From positions 38,761 to 102,760 of the forward strand of contig JASLOE010000002.1 of assembly GCA_030745655.1 (NCBI GenBank): a DNA stretch of 64,000 bases. The letters run 5' to 3'. This DNA is from Nitrososphaerales archaeon (lineage in GTDB: Archaea > Thermoproteota > Nitrososphaeria > Nitrososphaerales > JACPRH01). The notes beneath the pieces were generated by a model that was not told the origin of the DNA, ran no database searches, and saw only the letters and a program-made list of their open reading frames with translations. Positions 9,102 to 18,465 of the stretch are shown piece after piece; the stretch's first letter is position 1; each line of letters opens with the position of its first letter. The translations under genes and the position numbers were made by a program.

Positions 9102-9364
9102 TTTTGGGATAAACTATTTCGTGGGTGACTGTTGTGGGTGTCTAGCTGGTCAAAACGACGAATGGGTATGGGTGTCGTAAATTGTCATTACTGTTAATTT
9201 ATTCTATTTTCTATAATAAGATATGAGAGGGGGTAGTAAGTTAACGGAGAGTCTATCTAGATAAAAACGATATTTTAGTTTATCCACTGTAAACAAATAA
9301 CAATATAAAATCCTAAAATAACATACATAAATACAACATTTACTATTTAAAGAATAGAGCAAAA

Positions 9365-9883
9365 ATGGTGGCAGACTTTGTTGATATAGCATTAAGTTTT
9401 TTTCACTTGGTAGGAGCTTTCATCTGGATAGGAACTACACTCTATACAGGGATCATCTTCACACCAGTTTTCAATAAGCTTGAACCACATGTTAGAGAAA
9501 CAATAATTCGAAATCTTGTTCCACAGCAATCTAATATTCTTATCATTGCACTGATTCTCACTGGTCTAACAGGATTGTTGCGTACATTTCGCAGTCCTAT
9601 GTACTCGTATTTTATGACTGACCCTTGGGGTTGGGGTATACTATTAGGTGGTGGTGCTGCTGCTTTAATGGCTCTAATTAGTTTCTTGGTGATTATTCCG
9701 TCTGGCAAAAAGTTATTGGAAACATCTACTGCAGGGTCACCTGAATCTAGTGAGTCTCATCTAAAAAATCCTTCGAGTCAATTGCCTGAAATTGCTAAGT
9801 TACAGACTCGCATCGTGAATGCTTCTATGATAAACTTCGTTTTATCATTTGTTGTAATCTTTGGGATGGCTGTAGCAGGTTAA
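9365..9883 (+). CDS. polytopic membrane protein, CopD-like
   Basis: Four hydrophobic helices. The first helix carries FFHLVGAFIWIGTTLY, resembling the H...a.W.GG motif of CopD-type proteins. This is a weak, motif-only assignment. Confidence 0.45.
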   Translation: MVADFVDIALSFFHLVGAFIWIGTTLYTGIIFTPVFNKLEPHVRETIIRNLVPQQSNILIIALILTGLTGLLRTFRSPMYSYFMTDPWGWGILLGGGAAALMALISFLVIIPSGKKLLETSTAGSPESSESHLKNPSSQLPEIAKLQTRIVNASMINFVLSFVVIFGMAVAG

Positions 9884-10010
9884 ATCTGAATTTCTCAATC
9901 GATTAATCGTTAGTCATTTTATATTAGGTATATCTTAATGTAATCTTGGGTAATTTAAGTGGATTAATACACAAAAGGATTAATTTAAGCTGTATTCTTT
10001 ATGTTGCTTC

Positions 10011-10367
10011 ATGAGTAAAAAAAATGATGCTAAGAAAAAAAATGATGATAAATTAGCTTTGATAATAGTGGGCAGTGTTATTGGTGGAATTATTGTTGGT
10101 GGTGTTGCAGGGGCTCGTCTTGGCTTTGGTTATGGAATTGAGTTGGAACAGGAGAATCAATTGGAGAAATCTCTTGAAGATAAGAAGGCTTTTGCTTCAC
10201 AACTTAAGCTTGTGTTTAATGATAGAATTGAGAATGTATCCTCTGAATTAGTGGGACTATGTAGTGATTCAGAAAATGGGTGTACTCAAAATATTCTTGA
10301 CTCCATGTTAATCGCTTTAGATAATATCAAGGTTGATGAATCTATTATTAATGAATTATTAGAATAA
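10011..10367 (+). CDS. hypothetical membrane-anchored protein
   Basis: 118 aa, with a Lys-rich N-terminus, one Gly-rich TM helix and an acidic tail. Confidence 0.4.
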   Translation: MSKKNDAKKKNDDKLALIIVGSVIGGIIVGGVAGARLGFGYGIELEQENQLEKSLEDKKAFASQLKLVFNDRIENVSSELVGLCSDSENGCTQNILDSMLIALDNIKVDESIINELLE

Positions 10368-10378
10368 TTTTTTTGGTT

Positions 10379-12193
10379 TCAATAGTCCGTAATTGATGGT
10401 AAGGCTTGAGAATTGTTCCTTAGGGCTTCTAGGAAAAATGTTGGGAACAGGTTTCGGTTCTTTTGTACAAATTGCGTGAAATTTGTGTCTAGTATGTATG
10501 TAGTTGCATGATCGTCCTCACTTCTTACACTTCGTCCATATGTTTGAACTAATCTTAATACTGTCTGCCAGTCATACCATTCTCTGTCTCTCTGGAGTTT
10601 TATTTTAGTTCTTTTTTGGGAGAGATCTGGATAGGGAACTTTCATTATGATTTGGAATCTTGACGATTCATCTTTAAGGTCTATTCCTTGATGCAGGCTT
10701 GGAGAAATCAGGACTGATGCGTCACTCGAATCATGTTTTTTCATTAATTCTGTTCTGTTGGAGTTTCCTTCTGTTGTTTTAAGTCGTTTTTTGTTTGGTT
10801 CTGGTATCTTTTGTAATATGTAGTTTGTCTGATTATATGATGTGGTGTGAACAATTCCTCTATCGTATTTGTGATGATGCATTATTCTGTCAATCATTTG
10901 AGTGATCTTGGGTAATGCAGCATTCATAGTTTCACGGTTAAGTTTCGCTGTATTCATTGCAAATATAGGTCTATGTTCTACTGGAAATGTTGATTCTGAT
11001 ATTTGAATGAAACTTGCTTCATTTACTGATATTCCTAATTCAGTGCATAAGCGTTCTTTTGAAAAAACTGTTGCAGACATAAGTAGAATAGAATCAGCTA
11101 CATTGAATAGTGGAAATGTGTAATCACCAACATGTATTGGCTGAAAAGTAATTTCCTCGATTGAGTTATTGCTTAATTTCTTTGAATTGTTAATGACCCA
11201 ATTAGAGGGATTTCTCTTTAAATCATCAATAAAACTTTCTAAATCTTTGAGCATTTCTTTACTTATTGCTGTTTGGTCTTGATCTATTTCCTTATCAGCA
11301 GATAGTGTTGAAAATTCTTTCAAGATATCTTCAATATCATAGAGTACATCTATCCAAGCTGTTGGTTCATCTTCTCCTTTGTCGGGTATGATGAACTCAT
11401 CTTCAGGTCTTATTTGATCATGGAATTTTTTTAATACATTATTTTTAATTGAAAAAGATGAGAATCCTAAAATCTGTTTCTCTAAGTCGTGTACTTCATC
11501 ACATACCAGAAGTTTTCGATGAGGTACATCTGCAGCGTATTTTATTTCGCTCAATAGGAATGGGTAGTTGTATACAGTAATTGGTGCTCTGAAACCTGAC
11601 CATTTTTGGTTATAGTAGATGCAAAGCTTGTTATCTTTTAGTTTCTCACATTTTGAGTTTTTATTGCATTGTTTGCTTTTGTGTGTTTTGTATTCTTCAA
11701 ATGTTGTGTAGTGTGGGCAGTCTTTTAGATTCCAGTCGATTACGCATTTTCCTTTACTTGCTAACGGAAACTTACTTGATGATCCATAAGTTATCTGTAC
11801 TCCCTTTACTTCCTTTGGTATTTCGCAGCGGAAGTTATATTTTCCTTTGACCACTGGGAATCTAAAGTTCTTTGAATATTGATCTTGAAGCTGTTTCGTG
11901 GAAGTTAATATGTGAGCGGATTCTTGATTTCTACTCAGTGCGACCGCTACCGCTGATTTTCCAAAACCAACAGGTGCCTCAAGAATAACAAATTTGGTTG
12001 ATTTTAGCGCATCTTCGATCTTATCGAGAGTTTCCTTCTGGAATGGTCTCATTGAAGGAAAAGGGAAGAAATCTGAAAGTGAAGAACCTGATTTGGAAAT
12101 TACTCCATCTTGTTCCTGATAATCACATCTGGTACAAAAGAATACACCATTTCTAGGTCTTAATCGGTTGTCACACTCAGGGCAAAACTTCAC
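10379..12193 (-). CDS. XPD/Rad3/DinG-family (SF2) helicase with N-terminal RPB9/TFS-like zinc ribbon
   Basis: It has Walker A ILEAPVGFGKSAVA, a DEAH-type box LLVCDEVHDLE and motif VI TYGRSVRSEDDHATTYILD. Six Cys lie between motifs Ia and II (candidate Fe-S domain). The N-terminus is MKFCPECDNRLRPRNGVFFCTRCDY. The start is GTG. Confidence 0.8.
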   Translation of the reverse strand: MKFCPECDNRLRPRNGVFFCTRCDYQEQDGVISKSGSSLSDFFPFPSMRPFQKETLDKIEDALKSTKFVILEAPVGFGKSAVAVALSRNQESAHILTSTKQLQDQYSKNFRFPVVKGKYNFRCEIPKEVKGVQITYGSSSKFPLASKGKCVIDWNLKDCPHYTTFEEYKTHKSKQCNKNSKCEKLKDNKLCIYYNQKWSGFRAPITVYNYPFLLSEIKYAADVPHRKLLVCDEVHDLEKQILGFSSFSIKNNVLKKFHDQIRPEDEFIIPDKGEDEPTAWIDVLYDIEDILKEFSTLSADKEIDQDQTAISKEMLKDLESFIDDLKRNPSNWVINNSKKLSNNSIEEITFQPIHVGDYTFPLFNVADSILLMSATVFSKERLCTELGISVNEASFIQISESTFPVEHRPIFAMNTAKLNRETMNAALPKITQMIDRIMHHHKYDRGIVHTTSYNQTNYILQKIPEPNKKRLKTTEGNSNRTELMKKHDSSDASVLISPSLHQGIDLKDESSRFQIIMKVPYPDLSQKRTKIKLQRDREWYDWQTVLRLVQTYGRSVRSEDDHATTYILDTNFTQFVQKNRNLFPTFFLEALRNNSQALPSITDY

Positions 12194-12400
12194 TGTAAAG
12201 AACCCATCCGGATTGCAATTATCCTAGGTTTAAATCTATTCTTGAGAATTTTTTTGATAATGTGTTTTCTAACATCTGGTTCTTGGTCTAAATTTTATGA
12301 AGTGGCTTATATGGCATTCATTTCAATGTGTTGAGCCTATGACTTCACATAGACTCATTATTGGAGAAAAAAGGTTTTTAGAAATCAAAGATGATTAGTC

Positions 12401-13018
12401 ATGTTTGATGGAAAGATTCCAATTCATTGGTTGCATTCACATGCTTATTGTGAATATCAAATTTTTCTAAAGCATGTTAAAGGTGTAAAGATTGCACCTA
12501 CAGCAGCAATGATGATGGGTGCAAAGCGACATTCCGTTTTGGAGGTTGAGCATAAAGAGAAAGCGACTGAGGAATTGAGTGTTGACGATGCTCTTAAGAA
12601 ATCTAGGGATGAAAAAATTGTTCTTATTGCTCGAGAAGTTCCTGTTGCTTGGTCTCAGCTTAAAGGTAAAATTGATGAGATCCATTTTATGTCTGATCAA
12701 ATAATAATATTGGATGATAAACCTAATACTGTTGCTTGGGATTCGAATAAGGTTCAGGTTTGGGGCTATTGTCTCGCGTTTCAGGAACAGTTTAGACCGA
12801 AGTTACCAATTTCTGCTCTTTTGAGACATAGAGATACTCAAAAAACGATATGGGAAGAAGTGTTTACTGAAGATCATAGAGATACAGTGTTAATTGCTGT
12901 TAATCGGATATCTGGAATTATGATGGGGGAAAAAGAACCTATACCTACTGATAACATTAACAAATGTAGGCGTTGTAGCCTAAGAAATATGTGTGATGGT
13001 AAACGAAATGGGCTTTAA
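12401..13018 (+). CDS. Cas4-like PD-(D/E)XK exonuclease with Fe-S cluster (stand-alone)
   Basis: It has an N-terminal Cys (HAYCEYQIF), GAKRH, IDEIHF...ILDDK, QVWGY and a C-terminal CRRCSLRNMC (C-x2-C-x5-C). This is the canonical Cas4/DUF83 motif order. Confidence 0.8.
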   Translation: MFDGKIPIHWLHSHAYCEYQIFLKHVKGVKIAPTAAMMMGAKRHSVLEVEHKEKATEELSVDDALKKSRDEKIVLIAREVPVAWSQLKGKIDEIHFMSDQIIILDDKPNTVAWDSNKVQVWGYCLAFQEQFRPKLPISALLRHRDTQKTIWEEVFTEDHRDTVLIAVNRISGIMMGEKEPIPTDNINKCRRCSLRNMCDGKRNGL

Positions 13019-13193
13019 CTCAAAATTATCATCTTTTTATTATTACACTATCATTATGAATAGTAACTACTGATTCTAATTTTTCTCTGAAATTGTGAAA
13101 TCACTAATTTTTTTAATTATCTAGAATCTAGTTTTGTTTGAATTTACTAGTGTATGTAATGCTAGCCTCTCAATTGGTTTAGCCTTTACGAAA

Positions 13194-13601
13194 TTATGTT
13201 TTCTGGTAGAACAGCGTTAATCCTAGGAATGCTAATCCAAGTATATGTGCTAATGTGCAAAGTATACAGATTGCTCCTATCTGAAACTCTGCATAAACTA
13301 AAAATGGAATGCTTGACACTCCAATTATAGACCAGGTCAGAAAAATGATTTGTTTGATAGGTCTCTTAAAAGATGCAGCTGATAATATTGTGGCGATTGC
13401 GAACCATGTTAAGCCTAATGCTGCAACTGGAATATCTAGGAATTGAGAGTAACTACTGGATAAAACTGAACTGCAGCTGAATAATGCGTTAAAATCGCAG
13501 CTCGTAGAATCACTGGAAGTTAATGAGATGAGATAAATAGAAAGTACAGTACCTGATGACCCAATACTTGTAAGTAAGACTCGTATGAGTCGTTGATTCA
13601 C
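13194..13601 (-). CDS. vitamin K epoxide reductase (VKOR) family membrane protein
   Basis: It has the loop pattern SCDFNALFSCSSVLSSSYSQFLDIPVAALG and a CxxC (CILC) in the last helix. 135 aa with 4 TM helices. Confidence 0.7.
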   Translation of the reverse strand: MNQRLIRVLLTSIGSSGTVLSIYLISLTSSDSTSCDFNALFSCSSVLSSSYSQFLDIPVAALGLTWFAIATILSAASFKRPIKQIIFLTWSIIGVSSIPFLVYAEFQIGAICILCTLAHILGLAFLGLTLFYQKT

Positions 13602-13608
13602 ATTATTG

Positions 13609-14232
13609 TCAGCTCAGTTTGTTGATCTCAGCAATTAAAGCTGATTTTGTCGTTTCACCCGCAATAGTGTTGGCTAAAGTGCCATCTGAATTGAAGAAGA
13701 GATAAGTTGGTGTACCTGTGACTCCGAAGTGATTGAATATTTTGATTTCTGAATCGAAAACATGGACCATTGTGGATTCATATGTTCTGATGAATTCAGC
13801 TGTGGATGAAATAGTTGCTCCATTTTGAGACCCAGCGACCGACAAGAATATTATTGAATTTTCATATTCTTGATACACTTCATCAATAATAGGTGCCATT
13901 GTTTGACAATGAGAGCACCAACTTAACATAAATTCAAGAACAATGGGGCTCCCGTTTAGGTCTCCTAACTTTAAGGTTGCACCGTTGTATCCATCTTCAG
14001 TTACAATAGGTAATGGTATGTTAAAAATATCTTCTGCAGGAGTAGTGTCTTCGTTAGATATTGATGTGGGATTACCGAAGAAATATAGAAATGTGATGAT
14101 TGCTCCAATAATAAGAATTATGGGGATAATTCTTATTCCATAATAGTAGCTTGCATGTTTATTTTTTGTATGACTTGTGAGTCCTGTATTATTGCGAAAA
14201 ACCTGTCCGCATCTTTTACATTTGTTTTCCAT
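13609..14232 (-). CDS. membrane-anchored TlpA/thioredoxin-like protein with N-terminal C2H2 zinc finger
   Basis: The thioredoxin active site is WCSHCQ. The N-terminal CKRCGQVFRNNTGLTSHTKNKH has C-x2-C-x12-H-x4-H spacing. One TM helix separates the two parts. Confidence 0.75.
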   Translation of the reverse strand: MENKCKRCGQVFRNNTGLTSHTKNKHASYYYGIRIIPIILIIGAIITFLYFFGNPTSISNEDTTPAEDIFNIPLPIVTEDGYNGATLKLGDLNGSPIVLEFMLSWCSHCQTMAPIIDEVYQEYENSIIFLSVAGSQNGATISSTAEFIRTYESTMVHVFDSEIKIFNHFGVTGTPTYLFFNSDGTLANTIAGETTKSALIAEINKLS

Positions 14233-14344
14233 CGCTTATGTCTAACTAATCTTAAATTTAGGGTAATAAAAGATTTTTCCTAATACTTGGGAGTATAAAA
14301 TTTTAGCTTCATTTGGTTTTCTAAAGATATGGTGATATGGTTTC

Positions 14345-14704
14345 TTAAATGCGTTTAACTACAATTCCTATTGCAATGACAGTTATGATTATAGTTATTA
14401 TGATTGTGGTCAGCATTGAGTAATTCTCTTGGTCAATATATTGACCTATTACATTTATGTTCGCATAAAGTAGCATTCCGAGAGAAATTGGAGTAAGTTT
14501 TCTCACCCAATTGTTAAGCCATAATCCGATTCCGGAAGTGATCAATAATATGGCCGTTGAAAATTCTGCGGTTAAATGGAAATATGTACCTTGCCACTCT
14601 GATGCTGGTACTTGATTAGATATTAGGAGAATCGCCCAAAAAACAAATATTGATGTTCCAGTTAGAACACAGTAAATTGAGATTATTTTTTTGATTGGGA
14701 ACAA
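14345..14704 (-). CDS. hypothetical integral membrane protein
   Basis: 119 aa with four hydrophobic helices. Confidence 0.4.
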   Translation of the reverse strand: MFPIKKIISIYCVLTGTSIFVFWAILLISNQVPASEWQGTYFHLTAEFSTAILLITSGIGLWLNNWVRKLTPISLGMLLYANINVIGQYIDQENYSMLTTIIITIIITVIAIGIVVKRI

Positions 14705-14775
14705 ATCATTTGCAATCCTTCAATAAAGGTTTCTTTTGAATCAATAAAAAAAACTATCCAAAAAAATGTTTGTAA

Positions 14776-15246
14776 TTATCCTGCAGCATCTAATGTCATT
14801 GTAATTTCATCACTAGTTATTGTTATTTTTCCTTCTATGAATGCTCTAAATGGGATTCCTGTTCCGTTCATGAAAATAAAATCAATTTCCTTTGTTTCAT
14901 TTTGGTCAAGTTTTCCGATTGAGACTTCGTCTATTAGGACTTCACTGTTGTCTGTGGTTTGTATTTCGGCTTCAACAAATACGTTGTGTGCAGCAGCAGT
15001 ACCGATATTTGTTAGGAAAATCTTTATTGTGGCATTTTCAATTGGTGGTGAAAATGATATTGTTTCAGAATCATATCCACCTGCTTCAAACTTGAAATCT
15101 GGTCCATCTTGGTTTGTATAAAACAGACTAACAAATAATATTGAACCAATAGCTATAACGATTATAATTGAAATTGGAAATATAAGTTTAGTTACCTTTT
15201 TTGGAGGTTTTTCTTCAGATTCAAGTGTGTTTTTCTGAATTGTCAT
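14776..15246 (-). CDS. membrane-anchored extracellular protein (CARDB-like beta-sandwich?)
   Basis: An N-terminal TM anchor is followed by ATIKIFLTNIGTAAAHNVFVEAEI, reminiscent of CARDB domains. Confidence 0.4.
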   Translation of the reverse strand: MTIQKNTLESEEKPPKKVTKLIFPISIIIVIAIGSILFVSLFYTNQDGPDFKFEAGGYDSETISFSPPIENATIKIFLTNIGTAAAHNVFVEAEIQTTDNSEVLIDEVSIGKLDQNETKEIDFIFMNGTGIPFRAFIEGKITITSDEITMTLDAAG

Positions 15247-15746
15247 TAACCTATACCTGATATTGAATTTACAGTATTTATAACAACTTTTGCTGCAACA
15301 TTTCCTGAGCTGATTTCACCATTTTCTATATTTATATTGAAAATGAATTTACTATCTTCTCTGTATGTTTTTAGTGAAAAAATGACCTCAAAGATTTTAT
15401 TTGTTTCTCCTAGTTTACGAGAAGCTGACCAATCAAGTTCAGTAGATAAGTCATTGAAAATGTCTTCGTTATTGTAAAGTAGGTTAATCTTTCTTATTAG
15501 ATGTTCTTCTATTGTGCTTCCTTTGTCGTCTGTTCCCTTAAAATCTTTAACCAATCTAACAGCTAATTTGTTTAGCTCTCTTGTTTCATCATCTATCATT
15601 TCTGAATTGTTTGTGTCTTGCAAAGCAAATAATGTCAAACCAACTATTATGATTGTTGTTCCCAATACAATATATGCAAATTTCTTTTTGTTTCTTTTCC
15701 CACTCATTTCTACATATTTTTCTCCTTTGAAGAAGCGCCTCTTCAT
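15246..15746 (-). CDS. hypothetical membrane-anchored protein
   Basis: 166 aa with one N-terminal TM helix. Its stop abuts the start of the 14776 gene. Confidence 0.4.
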   Translation of the reverse strand: MKRRFFKGEKYVEMSGKRNKKKFAYIVLGTTIIIVGLTLFALQDTNNSEMIDDETRELNKLAVRLVKDFKGTDDKGSTIEEHLIRKINLLYNNEDIFNDLSTELDWSASRKLGETNKIFEVIFSLKTYREDSKFIFNINIENGEISSGNVAAKVVINTVNSISGIG

Positions 15747-15832
15747 TTGTAAATTTTCTTATATAAATAACTTGATAAATTAATGAAGTAAAATGTTTAT
15801 ATTGTAATTATCCCAATTAAAAAATCGATTTT

Positions 15833-16762
15833 TTGTCTTCTGTTGCAGTAAAAGTAGAGGGTTTGGTTAAGATCTATGGAGCAATTCAAGCAGTAAATAA
15901 TATCTCATTTGAAATTAATGAAGGGGAAATCTTTGCATTATTAGGGCCCAATGGAGCTGGGAAGACAACAACTTTAGAGATTCTGCAGTCGCTTCGAAAG
16001 GCAACAAAAGGAAGTGTATGTGTGCTAGGATATGATGTATCAAATAATAAAAATGTTCGGAAACTTAAGAAAGAGTTCGGAGTACTCCCTCAAGATTTTA
16101 ATGCAATCGATAAGCTTACAGTGAAAGAGAATCTATCTGTTATTGCAAAGATGTATGATAAGCATGTGAACCTTGACAAGTTGATTCTGACCCTTGACCT
16201 TGAAGATAAGGCAAATTCAAAATTCGAAGATCTTTCTGGAGGATTAAAGCAAAGACTTGGAATAGCAGGTGCTTTGGTAAATGATCCTAAGATGATCTTC
16301 CTTGATGAACCTACCACAGGACTCGATCCTAGGGCAAGGCGAGATGTTTGGCGAGTGATTGAAGACCTCAAGAAGGAAGGGAAAACTATCTTTCTAACCA
16401 CTCACTATATGGATGAAGCTGAAATACTTGCAGATCGTGTAGCTATTATTCACAAAGGAAAAATTGTTGCAATCGGAGAAACGAAGACCTTGCTTGAAAA
16501 AAATGGAGGCGGTAGAACAGTAATTCTTGAAGATATTCCAGAATCTATAGCCAAAGAAATCAAGAACCGTTTTCCAAAAGCTACAATTGTAGGGACAGAT
16601 GTGAGAATCCAAATCTTGAAGTTGAAAGAGGTGAATGAGATGATTTCATATTTGACAAAGAAAGGCCTAGAGCAATCCCTCCAGATAACGAGACCATCAT
16701 TAGAGAATGTGTTTTTGGAATTAACAGGAGTTCATTTGACAGAGGAAGGAGAATTGGCTTGA
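15833..16762 (+). CDS. ABC transporter ATP-binding protein
   Basis: It has Walker A GPNGAGKTT, signature LSGGLKQR and Walker B IFLDEPTTGLD. Confidence 0.9.
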   Translation: MSSVAVKVEGLVKIYGAIQAVNNISFEINEGEIFALLGPNGAGKTTTLEILQSLRKATKGSVCVLGYDVSNNKNVRKLKKEFGVLPQDFNAIDKLTVKENLSVIAKMYDKHVNLDKLILTLDLEDKANSKFEDLSGGLKQRLGIAGALVNDPKMIFLDEPTTGLDPRARRDVWRVIEDLKKEGKTIFLTTHYMDEAEILADRVAIIHKGKIVAIGETKTLLEKNGGGRTVILEDIPESIAKEIKNRFPKATIVGTDVRIQILKLKEVNEMISYLTKKGLEQSLQITRPSLENVFLELTGVHLTEEGELA

Positions 16763-18033
16763 GAAAAGTAATTGCTGTAGTCGATCTAACTCTTAGGAGT
16801 TGGTTTCGGATAAGATCAGCTGTCTTCTTTTCTATTCTCTTTCCTATAATGCTGCTTTTAATATTCTCTACAGTTTTTGGAGGTGATAACGATCCATCCT
16901 TTAGTCTCTTTGTTCAAAATCTAGATACTGAGGAAGATGGTGAATCCTCAGATATGTCTAAGGTATTCTTGGAGATTCTAAATAGTACTGATGTGTTCAA
17001 TATTTCTGAAATTCCTGCAGATGCTGATGCTAATTCCTTCGCTAAAGATGAGATTGGTCCACTAGGAGGGGTCTATAGAATATTGATAATTCCAGAAGGT
17101 TTTGGGTCAAATATAGTTTTGGGAGCAGTTGGAAACAGGATATCTGTTACACAGAGTACTATTCAGATGCTTCTTCAAGAAGAACGATCTCCAGGAACAC
17201 CTATTCTTGGCCAACAAGAAAAAGAACAGATTGCTGCAGGAGGAGCTGTGTTGGATAATGTCGTCGGAGAGGTTGCTTTGGAAAAAACTCATCTAGTTCT
17301 TGTGTTTGATCCCTCTGACACTTCAGGGCAAGTTGTATATTCTATACTGTTATCCGTTACTGATTCTTTTAGTAATGGTCTTATTGGCGTTGGGGAGAGC
17401 ATATCTTTTGATAGGGAATCTATATCTCAAGATACCTTTAGTGCTGTTGACTATTATCTTCCTGGGCTCATAGGTGCATTCGTCATGAGTACAACTGTTA
17501 TTGGTATAACTAGCCAAAATACAGAGTTCAGAAAAAGGGGAATAATCAAGCGTCTCTCTTTGACTCCATTATCCCGTTCAGAATGGATAATTGGAAGTAT
17601 CTTAGCTCAGACTGTTTTGGCGTTTATTCTTACTTTGATGATGTTTGCGGTTGGATGGGCTGTTCTTGGTGTAACTGCAGTTCCGAATCTTCTTGTTGTT
17701 GCCATGGTTATTGCAGGGGCAATTCAATTTTCTGGTCTTGGCATGCTGATTGCTGGTTTGATTAAAGATATTGAGAGTGCTAATGCAGCGAGTAATGCAA
17801 TAGTCCTTCCTATGATGTTCCTTTCGGGTGCATTCTTCCCGTTAGATTCAGCACCTGAATTTATTCGTATCATTTCAAGTCTGCTCCCGTTAAAATATCT
17901 CATTGATGGTCTTCGTTTCGGACTTATCTCGGGATTTCCTGAGGGTGCAATCATATCCCTTGCAATAACTTTTGGGTTAGCGGTTGTATTCGTTATTATT
18001 GGATCAATTACGACCAAATGGCAAGAGGCCTAA
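16759..18033 (+). CDS. ABC-2 type permease with large extracytoplasmic loop
   Basis: A 4-nt overlap with the ATPase gene. One N-terminal TM helix, a ~200-aa loop, then five C-terminal helices as in ABC-2 exporters. Confidence 0.8.
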   Translation: MRKVIAVVDLTLRSWFRIRSAVFFSILFPIMLLLIFSTVFGGDNDPSFSLFVQNLDTEEDGESSDMSKVFLEILNSTDVFNISEIPADADANSFAKDEIGPLGGVYRILIIPEGFGSNIVLGAVGNRISVTQSTIQMLLQEERSPGTPILGQQEKEQIAAGGAVLDNVVGEVALEKTHLVLVFDPSDTSGQVVYSILLSVTDSFSNGLIGVGESISFDRESISQDTFSAVDYYLPGLIGAFVMSTTVIGITSQNTEFRKRGIIKRLSLTPLSRSEWIIGSILAQTVLAFILTLMMFAVGWAVLGVTAVPNLLVVAMVIAGAIQFSGLGMLIAGLIKDIESANAASNAIVLPMMFLSGAFFPLDSAPEFIRIISSLLPLKYLIDGLRFGLISGFPEGAIISLAITFGLAVVFVIIGSITTKWQEA

Positions 18034-18139
18034 TCATAACATTCTTCGACAAACGCATAATGTGGAACTATTATTCACATATTTATATAGGATATTTTTA
18101 ACCCTCCGATGTTTAATTTTAGGTAAGGAGTGATAAATT

Positions 18140-18238
18140 GTGAGAAGAAATAGAGAAGTTCCTTGTAGTATTTGTAGGAAAATACTTCCTACGCTTATTG
18201 CTCTGAAGGAACATAAAGTAAAGATTCATTCATATTAG
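18140..18238 (+). CDS. 32-aa C2H2 zinc-finger miniprotein (not in ORF track)
   Basis: Own translation gives VRRNREVPCSICRKILPTLIALKEHKVKIHSY*. The spacing is C-x2-C-x12-H-x4-H. The GTG start is preceded by AAGGAGTGAT (SD-like) with a 6-nt spacer. Confidence 0.45.
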   Translation: MRRNREVPCSICRKILPTLIALKEHKVKIHSY

Positions 18239-18465
18239 ATTATAATGTATTTAATTGACATGCGGAATTCCCATATTTATATTATTCTTAATGGAATTAA
18301 AATATCTGGGATATAAAAATATTTGACTATTACTTAAAGGAGTAATGAATGAAATAAATGATATGATGGAAGGAACTGAGATTTTTTTAGTATTTTAGAA
18401 ATAATTTGATAATTATTCTAAACTTTTTTAATTGCTTATTGTTTGTGGTTGTAAAACTGGTTTAT

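Noticed and set aside
12401-13018. Calling the Cas4-like gene (and the two Cas4-type domains at 34747-38448) evidence for a CRISPR-Cas locus.
   Set aside because: No array and no other cas genes lie within the window. Cas4-fold Fe-S nucleases commonly occur outside CRISPR contexts (AddB-like, stand-alone), so only the fold is called.
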